NCBI GenBank assembly: GCA_040954595.2
Contig: CM082587.2
Coordinates: 8,623,403 to 8,687,402 of the forward strand
Length of the DNA: 64,000 bases
Source: Balanoglossus misakiensis
Taxonomy: Eukaryota; Animalia; Hemichordata
Direction: 5' to 3'
Shown here: in pieces, positions 46,108 to 58,411 of the stretch
Layout: every line of letters begins with the position of its first letter
Position numbering within the stretch: position 1 is the first letter of the stretch
Translations under genes and position numbers: made by a program
Notes under the pieces: model-generated
Told to the model about the DNA's origin: nothing
Database searches by the model: none
What the model saw: the letters and a program-made list of their open reading frames with translations, nothing else

Positions 46108-46719
46108 ATTTCTCGATGGAGATGCAAGTTGTTTTGCGAGAAAAGGTTTATACAAGAAGTATTTAAGGGAACATGTGAGAGGTTGGCATGCTCTTTTGAA
46201 ACGACAGTCTAAAACATTCCCGTCGATCTTCTCTTTATGCTGTCATAAAGAACGTGGTTAATGGATAACCATTGTATAGTTTTGATTGGCTCAAAACTTT
46301 TACAGAGTAGCAATCGTTCAAATGCCTTCACGTAACCACAAGTACGCGTTGGATGGTTCGACAATATAATGTACTGGCAGGCATTACTGCAGAGGTAACG
46401 AATTTTTAATGTTGTGGTATGCGGAGAAGAAATCGTGTACCGGTAATCATACAATTTCAACATTCAATTACCATTGGTATTCCATAAGATAAATAACTAA
46501 TTCTACATCCTCGACATTCTTTATGATTTTTTATGTACTCATTCATTACTGATATCAGGCGGCTGAGATATACTTTTCACTTAAATCCCCGTGAAATCAA
46601 CTGAAATCATATAAACTGTATAGAATCAAAACTGGCCAATTTTCCTTTCAAATTCAAGAATGACAAGCAATAAAACTAGAGTCTATTTTACTTTCCCATT
46701 TTATGTCTGGCTACATGTC

Positions 46720-46836
46720 AATCTGATTAAAATCAGGTGTAGGGAACGGCGACTTGGTTTTTTTATGCTGTCGCCTCAGACGACAACAGAAAAAAAACAC
46801 GTCGCCGTTCCCTACATCTGATTTTAATCAGATTGG
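46720..46836. repeat. Short palindromic element
   Basis: CAATCTGATTAAAATCAGGTGTAGGGAACGGCGAC ... GTCGCCGTTCCCTACATCTGATTTTAATCAGATTG. Confidence 0.85.
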
Positions 46837-49800
46837 CTACATGTGTGCTAAGGCAACTAGGACCCAGAAAGCGATAGCCATCTTTCCCAGGTCTGGCCGG
46901 CAAATCCTTCTCAAATCTAAAACCTTTCAGGACCACTTAAACCGACCTCACAAAATAATTTATGCCAGTATTTGAACTGAAACGTTTCAGAAATGTCTTA
47001 ACCCTTTTACCACCATGGTTCTGTCCTAATCCATTGGTTCATATGGTAAGTTTGGTCCTCTAAAGAGGGAACTGGGGTTGAAAGGGTTAATGTTCTCTGT
47101 GTGAACAACGTGATAAACTTCGAAAAGACATAAAAAAGTCGACTGGCTTTGGGGTACAGGCCCACCCGCTAATTTTGCTTACAAATTACCAAGCCACAAG
47201 GGTGGCTATGAGACTGTAGACTGCGATGCAAGAAACCTCGACTTCAACACCCAGAGAGTGATTTACGTGTTGTGGGTATGGGTATGGCCATGTCATATAC
47301 CCTTTAACTAAAAGCTACTTTATTGACACATCGCTCAAGACTGAAGCTTTACAACATTCAGCAAGCAGATACTTTTGGCTGTGGAATATTAACTAGTGCC
47401 TTGTGAATACATGTATTACTAGACATATCAATATGTCACAGCGGTGTTTTCAAGATTGTCATGAATACCCTGGGTATATTACCACAACGTTACTATGGAG
47501 ACACAGATAACAGAAATGCAAGAATCACTGTTGTCGTCAGCAACTTAGTCACCGACATGTACACTTAAAATATCACCCCATCACCTTAGGAGTCGATATA
47601 ATTAAGTTTGAATGCGCCACGATGGCGCAAGCCATGTTCTCTTTTTATTTTTTATATGCGTCACGGACACTTGTATGCGTCGTGGTCACTTGTGCATGGC
47701 GTCTCCAGTGAAACGCCTCAATGTCAATAAGGTCACATGTTTAGGCTTTGTTCCTGTTTTATAGTATGCTCCTTTAAAATGAAAGTTTTAAGAGATTCAA
47801 AATTGGGGATCACCATAAAATGTAACTATACAACGCATATCATGGAAAAAACTGAGTCTTACTTCCGTTTCAGTCCCATGTACGTTTGAAATTACGTGTA
47901 TTAGGAGACTATCGACAACCGCTTGTTCCGTTTCGGCCATTGTTTCTTGTTACTATATAACTGCAAAGTGGTTTCGGAATCGGTAGAGCTGGCACAAAAT
48001 CAAAGTTCTACATGTAAACGTATTCTCGTATTTTGCTCCAGACAACCTAAAATTGAGTGGGGTTCATCCTGTAAGATTTTGATTTAGAAATTTAAAATTT
48101 AAAAAGCGACCAATGTCCGTGTTAACTATATAGAGAAAAAAAATAAAGTGGCGATTTTTTATGAAAACAAAATGGTGAGCACCAGGTTTTCTTCATTGTT
48201 TGAGAAAAGACTTCTCACACACTTTAGTATACATGTATCTGTGAATTGAAATGTTTGGAGGACTATCATTTCTATGAAAATTTATCCCCAAAGGATATAA
48301 AATCGCGCTGGTAGGCTTATTGACTTGTACAAGAAACCTATTCACCATGTGCTGATATCTGAAGGGATACCTTTTCTAATCACCGTCATTTGTAAGGTAC
48401 GCAGGCAATTGACATGTATCGTTAGACTTGCCCCAAGTCTATGGGTGAAGCAAACGCAGCGAGTTTTTCGAAAATGCCAACACTATACCCTAACCCTTAC
48501 ATGTCAACAAACCATATTTATTAATAAAGAAATATGTTATTATGCCAATCAACAACAACAACAACAACTGAGCTAAAATCGATGAATAACATGCGAGCAT
48601 ACGCGGGCCTTTTCCTATCAAGATGTGGTAAAATATATTCTAAAGCAAGTGAAACTGCATCTTCAACCGAACGTTTTGACTTGTAAGCAAACTGATATGG
48701 GTCGAATCTGTCTGGAATAAAAGATTTCATGAATCTTGCAACGAGCTTTTCAAAACACTTCATTACGATGGAGGTTAGAGCAACCGGGCGATAATCATTC
48801 ATGCTAATTACTGGTGTGCGTTTTGGTACTGGGATTATTGTTGATGTTTTGAAAATGACTGGAACGTGACAGGTGCGAAGTGACCAATTGAAAACTTCAG
48901 TGAAAATACCACATAACTGTAGGGCACACATTCTAAGCAACCTTGGTGATATATTGTCCGGCCCTGGGGCCTTACGCATATTTAACTTCAAAAACTCACG
49001 TTTCGTATCATTGCATGAGATATATAATGTCCTTTCAGAGTCAATGGGCACAGTTGGTATTCCAGTTGCGCGATCAAAGCGACTGTAAAACAAGTTCAAA
49101 TCGTCAGGAAGCGACGGGTCATCTGGGATTCTTGGTTTTGATTTAAAGTTGTAATCAGCGATTTTTTGAATACCCTTCCAGAGTTCTCGTGAGTTCGTTG
49201 ATGAAATGTCACTTTCTAATTTGTTTTGATACAAACGCTTGGCTGACTTTATGCACTTCTTCAGGTCATATTTAGCCTTGACAAAATCACTGCGATTTCC
49301 ATGATGAAACGCTTCCTGCTTAACTTTCAGTTTACTCCGCAAAAGACCGTTGGGTTAACCAAGGCTTCTGATTTGGGTACACTGTAACCTCTTTGATAGG
49401 AACACATAAACCCTCACAGAATTTGATGTAACTCAAGATGGTATCCGTACACTCATCTATTGATGTTGAATTTTGGAGGAAGACGTCCCAATCTTTACAA
49501 TCAAGGCAACCGCGGAGATTGTCGATATCTAATGAAGTCCATTGGGAGACGAATCGTTTGACTGGCTGTTCCCGTTTTAGCTTAGTTTTGTAGGTGGGGA
49601 TAAGGTGGATCATGTTGTGATCTGAGTCCCCTAGTGGGGCACGTTTTAGTGAATTGTAGGCTCCTTTTATAGCAGTGTAACAATGGTCTAGTATCCGGTC
49701 TTTACGGGTGTAACACAACACATGTTGGGTGGAATTTTGGCAAAGTTTTACGTAGTGTTGAATGGTTAAAATCTCCAGCGACAATTGAAATTGCCCGTGG

Positions 49801-49846
49801 ATGTGCAGTCTCATGTTTAGATACAATGTCACCAAGCTGGTACATT

Positions 49847-51506
49847 CATAGTTCCACCCTACGGTAATAAGCCACGCCCCCCTTAGTTACTGTTGCTACG
49901 CCCCACAAGCTTCGAGCTTGTGGGACATTGACCTCCATAGCTCCACAACGTGGATGGGGAAACTACAGCCGAAATTATGAAAGGTCGCCGATTCAATATG
50001 TGATCTAGACGTCCTGTGTGCACTAAACACACGATGTGTTTATCTAACACAAACAACAGAACCTCTCATAAAAGAGATGCGGTATCATTAGACTAATTAC
50101 AGATGGTAGTCTGGAAACACGCTCCCCCTCAGAGAGAGTTGTTTACTTGGGTACGATGTCAAAGTTTAATCTCAAAGTGTATACGCTTTATGTTGAGAGT
50201 GTACCCAAGTAAACAACTCTCTCTGAGGGGGAGCGTGTTTCCAGACTACCATCTGTAATTAGTCTAATGATACCGCATCTCTTTTATGAGAGGTTCTGTT
50301 GTTTGTGTTAGATAAACACATCGTGTGTTCAGTGCACACAGGACGTCTAGATCACATATTGAATCGGCGACCTTTCATAATTTCGGCTGTAGATTCGTTC
50401 AGCGATAGTCTGCGCAACGTTCCTGGCGATATTTCTGTATGCTACCTACCAGAGTTAAAAAACCTATCCAAGAAGTCACAGGAAAAGGGTTTAATTAGGT
50501 ATAATTCCCCCGTATTTCGAACGAAAGTGCCTGCATCGCGGACGATAGCGGCCGTATCCCCCGGGCCGCAGGCTATACTGGGAATGTCGAGTTCGCGACG
50601 CAGACACACGAGTGAGGAATACGGGGGAATTATATGTTTATCACATACATAGACCAAGTGTCCATGAAATTGAGCTCCTTTGTGAATTTAAAACATTTCA
50701 GCGAAAAAATAGCACTATTTTAAAACGATCGAAAGATCATGTTATGCGGTCGGCCCGGGTCACACGCAAACGGGCATTAAACCGCGATCAGCTGTAGCAG
50801 TGGCTATAGTACTAGTAATAACGGACCTCGAAGGTTAAGTTTATCGTGCTATTTCTGAGTGAAATCAGACGAAATAAGAGACACAAGAGGTATCACTTCA
50901 CCTGAAGATATTTTTGGTAGGTAAATATGGGTGAAAGCACTGATAACACGGCGAATACAGAAAACTACGTGAACGTTACTTGGATTGACAGCGGGCGGCC
51001 CCATTGTTTACAACGCCGGACATTTTATAACGGGTCGAACAACATTGACTTTTCGAATGGAAATTGCAAGCAGCATATGAATTTCAAAATTTTCAAACAC
51101 TTTAGCAATAAAATCATGGTTAAATATTTATATTGAAGACGTGTCAGTTTAAAATCTAAACGCAAACTGTTAATATCCACCACCTGAGACACCTCTCTCT
51201 CTGCGTTTTTGGCTTCGGAAACGGAACAAAAAAATATACTCGATGTTGGGTCAAGGTACCTTTCATCTGATTTACACGTCCCCCAGGCGCATCTCTTCAC
51301 TATTCTGGCCGATATTTTAAAACCATTAAGTTCCTAAAACTGAAAAAAAAACTTCCAGTCTGTCTATCTCTACCTGAGCGTGTACTGTAGGCTGGGCCAC
51401 GTTGTTGATTATATGTGGGACAAAATGGCGGTTGTGTGAACAGCATGACTTTTCTCGGCTCTGATTGGCTGAGGGTTCAGTGTGATTGACAGCTGTGGAA
51501 CCATGA
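49847..51506 (-). mobile_element. Non-autonomous DNA transposon with a degenerate THAP domain, inserted in the LINE
   Basis: Ends CATAGTTCCAC ... GTGGAACCATG are inverted repeats, with ATT on both flanks. 51300-51180 reads KRCAWGTCKSDERY..FF(frameshift)VPFPKPKTQRERCLRW, a THAP-like N-terminus. Removing the element rejoins the LINE frame (EAMYQLG). Confidence 0.75.
49963..50392. repeat. Long inverted repeat with 192-bp arms and a 46-bp spacer
   Basis: 49963-50154 is the reverse complement of 50201-50392, with one mismatch seen. Confidence 0.95.
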
Positions 51507-51812
51507 ATTGCCTCTGTGGCGTTGACTTCGGGAGGTACATAAGTCACTGTGAGGATGATTGAACCAAACTCTCTTGGCAGATAGAATGGACGACAGTGTA
51601 TAGTGAGAGTTTCAAGTTCGGGCGTGCAAGTATGGGATAAAACCTTAGAATCTGTGCACCACGCTTCATTTATCAGAAAACAGACACCCCCACCTCGTTC
51701 CTTACTGACATCTTCACGTACTCGGTCAGCACGAAATAGTGCAAATCCAGGTGGTTTCATAGCAGTGTCGGGTATACTGGAATCAAGCCACGTCTCAGTT
51801 ATGAAGTACGCA

Positions 51813-53824
51813 TTACAGTCTCGAAAATGTTTCGCCGGTTTTAAAGTAAATCAAGCGGCTCAGTTGGCTAATATAGTGAGCAACTTGGGGCGGGCCACCA
51901 TCGACTTCATCTTTGTCGTTTAGTTTATTTAGAATTGATTCTAAATCTTCCGTTTCGCTATACTTGTCAAGCAATTTGACAAGATTGTGAATATACCAGG
52001 AACCAGATTCCTCGCTTCTGTATGCCATGTATCCATCAACGGTAGAGTAACTGATGAGATAATCTTCCGATAATGAATGACGTGGCGCACGAGCTAAATC
52101 GCTATGCGGAAAGTTCTTGGAACCCCCACGAGTGGGTGAAGTATCCATCGTCTCGCTTCCTCTGCACGCCTGCACGAAGAATATCTTCGGCTTACCAGCC
52201 AGTTCTTGACAATCTTCTGGCATGAAAATGCTCATTATCTCTTCTATCTTCATACCATTTCCATCCACACCAATGACTTTACCATCAAGACCATGTGAAA
52301 GGATACAAATAATGACACAGTTGTACATGCTGTGGTTATCATGTTTTACTTCCAGTAGAGCCTTGTTGATACCCGCCGCTGTTAAGTTGTCACGCCTGAC
52401 CACTTTGAAGTGTAGCTTTTTGAATGTGCGTTCCAGGGAACCTGTGGTAATAAGAAATGTTTAACATAAATCAGACGGAATTTAATCATTTAGTTGGCCA
52501 ATATAGAAACACACGTTCCAGTTCTTGCAAGGCTTTATGAATTACATCGATGATCGGAGAATAGTGTGTCCATTGAAAGTGTCCATATTTATGTATCTAT
52601 CAGAATGATGTAAGCCTTGAAATTTTCAGGTATCCTAAATGAAGTATCCTAAAAAATTAACACTAATAAAGCTAATAATAGTGTGGTTGAAAGTAGAAGT
52701 TCTCAGAAATCGGATTTCTGGTTTACTTAATTGCATAAATGAGACCTTTTTCAGTGTAGTGCTTTTAGAATTTTGAGTATAATAAAACCCACAATCCTTC
52801 AGAACTAACGGTAAACTCGATGCAAAACCAACTGTGTCCACACTTATTCAAGCCCAGATGAGACCAGCGGGGCGAACAAATAGACATAGATAAAACTTGA
52901 AGATTATTTGATCAAAACTGGTCCAATAATCTTTGACTCAATGTAAGAAAATCGTTCACGTTTTCTACCTACTATGGATAGCTTGAATAAATAGTTTCCT
53001 TTAATTGTTTTGACTCACGATGTCAACATAAAATAGGAAATATCAATGGTATAGTTTAAAACTGATTATTGGGTATTACGTGTAGTATCATTTATATTTT
53101 ACATATTACAACACAGATGTTGATAGCAGCGAAATTAGAAATTCAACACGATTGGAACTATTTTGGGATAATTGCATGGTAATAAACTCTGTAAAACCCT
53201 CCGCACAGTACATGTGTAGCCTATACACACTCGACATATTTTTCATTTTGTTTTGTTTTGTTTTGGTCAAACAATGACAGAAATACCATATTCTCCCCAA
53301 GTACAACGGACACTAATTGTTTTGTACACACTTTTTCGGTATGCAATTATCCCCAAATAGTTCAAATCGTGTTAATTATTGTTCCTTTGATACAGACGCT
53401 GCAAAAAGGGTTTCTGTGGGTTTTTTGCATTTATATATTACTTTACTTACTGGAACATCGACAGAATAAGTTGGATGAAAATTCACATTTTGTAAATGTC
53501 GCTATACTTACGTGCGTCAATATCCGAGCCCTTTCGGCTCTCGAAATCAGTGGAAGTGAATTCTTGAATATTGATGATCAAAGCTATTCCTCTTGGGCGG
53601 GAACTCATGTCATACTCATTATCGATATCAAAACTGTTGCGAGAAGGAAGACGTTTAGGCCTCATTCTTGCAAATTTCGCTTTGATTGAGGGTGGCCGAT
53701 TGACGCGCGCGGAGTTTGGCGAGAAGTCTTCCAATGTTTCGCATTTTGAAGTGTCTACATTGTTACTCTTCTGGTGACATTCCGATACTTCCATTGAGTT
53801 CTTCTTTTCGTAGTTGCGATTCAT
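51813..53824 (-). CDS. Caspase C (peptidase C14A), short prodomain, about 313 aa, 2 exons
   Basis: Exons 53824-53512 and 52441-51813. Motifs YDMSSRPRGIALIIN, RKGS, ILSHG, LAGKPKIFFVQACRG, YMAYRS..SGSWYI. In-frame TAA four codons upstream of the ATG. Confidence 0.92.
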
Positions 53825-55283
53825 TTCTTGTGTTTACAGGCCTTCTAGTAATCATGTAAGACTATTAGGCCTGGTTACCGTGAGAATATGGCATGACACG
53901 ACAGACAATGTCTGTAGATTTACGTATGACATATTTTAGCGAACGAAACTATTTACGCAAGGTTGCTTTTGATAGGTTAGATATAATCACATGATCACTT
54001 GAAGCTGCTGTTGGTATGTAAAACTTCCGGAGCAGTGAATTACCCCGGCCTAGTCTATCGCTTTTAAGATTTGCCGATTTTTATGTCTGGAACTACTTCT
54101 CACATACGTTTAAACTGATTTTTAAAAGTTCAAAAACTCAGCTTCCAGAATATATATGGTTTATGGGGGTTTTAACGTTGTCTTTGATGAGAAATAGGCA
54201 TCTGAAAAAGTCTCGACGGTTTCATGCAATGCCACCTTAATTCAACGAATGTTAGCAGCAAACCTCGTATCCAACACTGGGCAAAATGATTGATATACGA
54301 CAATATACGTAAAACTACTAAGTTTGTACATTTGACATATACGTTTCATATACGTGCATTTACGTAACAAATGCAAGCTGCTAGATATGTGTACAAATAC
54401 GTGAAGTATACATCATGTACACGTTCTCTTACATATACGTTCCGCAGATCTACGTATTTGTAGTTATTTTCTACCGAATAGTGTGCCTACAGTATACATC
54501 CATGTATATGTACGTATATTCATGCTAATTATTAGGATTATTTGGACCACCCGTTTTTAAAAGCAAATGCTTTCAAAAGTTTGATGAAAGATCTGGGTAG
54601 CACTTCTGCGGCCACTTTATGTCGCAAAACGCTGGTTGTTTTACAACGTTTTACGACGTCCACCTCCGGTACATAGAAACACCAGCACCGCTGGCAGTCA
54701 CTGTACGCTGTCAACTGTGTGCATAAGTTTGTTTCAACACCAGACAAAGCGAAAGAAGAGTTGTCACAGAAACTTGATAGTCTGGACGCAGAACAGAAGT
54801 CTTTGAGGGAAAATCGACATGCGGCGGTGATAATCTATATCAAGTGGGTGTGGTGTATTCCGTTCAGCTAAACTAAAGCCGAAGGTTATATTAATCTTTT
54901 TAAGACTTTGCCATGTATATCCATTTTACACACACTTGTTTTTGCGACACAGTTTTATTATAACGACGGGCTGTGCAAGTGTTTTTATGAAAATCACTCG
55001 AACAGGATGTCTGTTAAAATTTACCAAGATTCACTGAAGTGTTTGTGTCCGAGACAAATATGGGTCGATTCCCGAAATGAGCTGGTTTCAGGACTAGAGT
55101 ATACATGTCCTTACAAGGTAATGTGTACTTTGTTCCGACCAAAGCTATTTGCACAAGTTTGAGGACAGTCTATACTCTTTTAAGGGGAAACTGAAGACTC
55201 ACTTGTTTAAAACAGCCTACATTGTGTGAACAACCACCGGGCGCCACTGAACAGTTCTCTGGATATTGGCGCCATATAAATGT

Positions 55284-55321
<38 letters not shown>

Positions 55322-58147
55322 CATAAATTGTTGTCCCGATCAACACACTTGTCTACGTTTTGATAATTTTTTCTGAGATATTGAAACCATGTACGAGAAA
55401 CATCCTTCAAATCCTCCAAATAACTACACAGGTAGTTCCCAATGTGATCGGAAAACTTGCTCTATTTGTAGCATGTGAGTGAGTCAGTGCATGGAGTGAT
55501 TATCTTTCGGTCGTCGTTTAATTCAAATTGTATTATACACGATGTGTTTTCGTCATTTCTTGATAAACAGTGTGTCAATACAAGTGAAAACGTGCAATGA
55601 TTTAGACTATAGAAACGGAATCAATTTACGATCGTGTTTATATCAGATGGTGAATGTGTCGATCGAACCCATTTTAGTAGTCTAAGCCGGTATTAATCAA
55701 TCCAGGCAGCATCGACGACATTCGGGCCAGCCTCCGAAGTAGCTGCATACATGTATATGACATGTTTGTGTTGTCTTAAATAAGAATCCTTTCCAAAATC
55801 TGACGTGAACTTTTTCTATATTGTTTTCTTCAATGTGTCCACAAACTTCACAGGCATAACTCCTCATATATGGGGAGTACTTTTTGAGTCAGAAACTTTC
55901 AATGGCGTGATTTTTTCATGCTACTCAAATTTGTATTGAAAAGGACGAGGGCTTTAGAGGTATTTTACAGTACAAGTCAAGTTGGTACAAGTCAAGTCGC
56001 TGCATGCAGTTTGATTGCACTCTCAGCTAGTAGTACAAGATCATCGACATAGTTTTTACAAACTAGAAAAATAATTTCCCAAGACCCATTTTAACAACCA
56101 TACAAAATCATCACAGGTACCAATTTCATTAGTTTGATTTGGCTAGAGTCAGTGCATGGAGTGATCATGTTTCCGTCGTTGTTTAATTCTGCAACGAATG
56201 TTAGCAGCAAACCTCAAGTGTTCGTATTCAAGTGGGTGTGGTGTATTCCGTTCAGCTAAACTAAAGCCGAAGGTTAATCCGAACCCCGGTACTTTCCGCA
56301 CCGGGGTTTAAGTGGACCACTCTAGTTTTGAATATATAATCATGAAAATAACGCAAAAATGGCAGCTTGGGGCTTTAATCAACACATTTAACTGTTCGGC
56401 CTAGGTCGGGAGCAGTTAAGTGTTTGTTTCTGAGAGAAATACATGTATGTTGGTCGATACCCGAAATGAGTTTGTTTCTGGAATGCAGTAAATCGTGTCC
56501 TTAAAAGGTAATATGTACTTCGGTCGCCGAAAGCTATTTGCACAAGTTTAAACGCATAAATTGTCCTTATCAACACACTTGTCTACGTCTACTTGTCTAC
56601 GTTTTATAAGCATCGTCTGAGTGGTGGGCAGACATTTACGAGGAACAACCTACAGATACCTGTAGGTCGTGTTATATGGTCAGAAAGCTTTCGCTTGACC
56701 TGCTTTATTTTTATCAATCACACTTGTGCACGGCATAAGTAGTTCACCCCTGCGCTGGCCCTGATACAACTTGTAACCTCTAAAGACAGTGACAAAACAA
56801 CAATTTTCTTCATTGAATTTCGTTAATTTTTTCAGTGATTGCCTCGCCACCACTTCATACAGTTCCCTGGCGTCATACCAGTAATTCACTGCCGGTTTCG
56901 TAATAATGTGGACGTACTACTGATGTTAGTCTCGTGCCCTGCTCCTTTCTAGCAGAGGGCTGCGCAGTGTTAACACATAGAAATGGGACAGGCAGACTCT
57001 GCTGGGTTACAGGCTAGCTGGGTTATGCATGATAATGGTTATGACAGGGCTAGTTTGTAAAAATAGTGCTGAGCTTAGTAATTTGAGACCCGGATTGGTG
57101 ATTGATAGAATCTTGGTATTTATGGAGAGATCGTCTTGCATTAAAATGGGTAGGCTGTACGGTTACCATTGCGACGCCTTTGAAAAGTTGTACTAATTGT
57201 ACTAGTTGTACCCTCAACAGTTTGCGTAAGCAAGTCCCCTTTTTTGTAACTGCAATAATTCTGTAAACGCCCTCACGCGACAGGCGATTCGACCTGATTT
57301 CGACCTAGTCTGGTTCCCTGCCCCAGTCCCACCGCTTGATGCGCTACGCTACGCTAGGTGGGGTTCTACTTCCTACTTGCACGTGTATATGTTATGGACC
57401 CGGTGGACTTGTTGCCATGGAGATGAAGCGCAGTATGCTTCCTGAACAAATACCCAGTGCAATAGCTCACGTTCTGTGCCTTTCACATTTTCCTTCTGAT
57501 ATCAAGTATAACTTGATTTAAATTAAAATGTGGAAATATTAATTGTCTGGTCTGCATGCTTTTTATACTGGGATAAAAGTTGGATTTTGCCCACAAATCC
57601 TATGATTTTGTAATTCATACATGAGAACTGAAATGTACTAGCCTAACAGTATTGTTAATGTTGATCATAACTGGAAATAATGTTTTCTATTTGCAATTTT
57701 GACCAAAAAAACTAACTTATTTAACATAACAATGACCTCAATGGTTTTGTCCAACTCCATTGTTTTCAATAGACATGCTGGATTTTAACCCTTTCACCAA
57801 CATGGTTTGGTCCAAGTCCATTGTTTTCTATGGTGGAGCTGGACCTCTATAGAGGGAACTGGAGTCCTCCTTTAGCCTAGAAGACAATGGATTTGGAACA
57901 AACCCTGTTGGTAAAGGGTTGATAAGTGCACATACGTGATTTGTAATCTGATTACTCTGTATTCATTACTCTCATATATATGTGTTTCAACTTGCAGAGT
58001 GTAAGAAAATATGGGCTTGTCTATGGGAGGATGGAAAACAGAGGGAGTATTGGCAGTGGTTTGAACAGTCAACAAAACAGCTGTGCGGTCGATTTGTAAT
58101 GGGAGCTCTGTCTCAGACAGGTGATAGTATACTTTAAAACTTCAAGC

Positions 58148-58411
58148 CTGGCTGCGGAGCCGTGCAGATGATGAACAAGCGGGGGCTACCGGCCGACATG
58201 AAGGAGACGTCCGCAGCCTTGAAGAATCTCAAACGTGGCCAGATGGTGTCGTGGCAGAAACGCAGTATCACGGCCGACGTGTGGAAGGACTCGGGTAACG
58301 TGGCAGTCCTGGCGACCGTGCCGGTCAGCGCCAATTGGAAGTTCGTGCAGCGGTCGGTGAAGGAGGGCGGTGAATGGCGGGAGAAGACGTACAATCAGCC
58401 TGACGTCATCG
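58148..58411 (+). mobile_element. piggyBac transposase (PGBD-like) internal fragment
   Basis: GC-rich island reading CGAVQMMNKRGLP..LKRGQ..VWKDSGNVAVLAT..R..QPDVI, matching the piggyBac pattern CGTxRxNRxGLP...WxD..V..LST...KP..I. Confidence 0.75.

Larger units (their letters stand above)
48568..51830 (-). mobile_element. Decayed non-LTR retrotransposon (Rex1/Babar-like ORF2: APE endonuclease plus start of reverse transcriptase), split by a DNA transposon
   Basis: 51830-51507: FRDCNAYFITETWL..GFALFRADR..RGGGVC..CRPFYLPREF..YVPP. It resumes at 49846: QLGDIVSKHE..IVAGDFNH..LDHCY..LGDSDH..YPNQKPW, then KAPGPDNI..NDYRPVALTS..DPYQFAY..LFIDFSS. Frameshifted and truncated at both ends. Confidence 0.9.

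Noticed and set aside
48521-49835. Active reverse transcriptase gene
   Set aside because: It has several frameshifts, an internal transposon insertion, and is truncated before the catalytic YxDD region.
51025-51300. Functional THAP-domain host gene
   Set aside because: It has no ATG (ATA-GTG), is frameshifted in a T run, is truncated, and lies inside a transposon.
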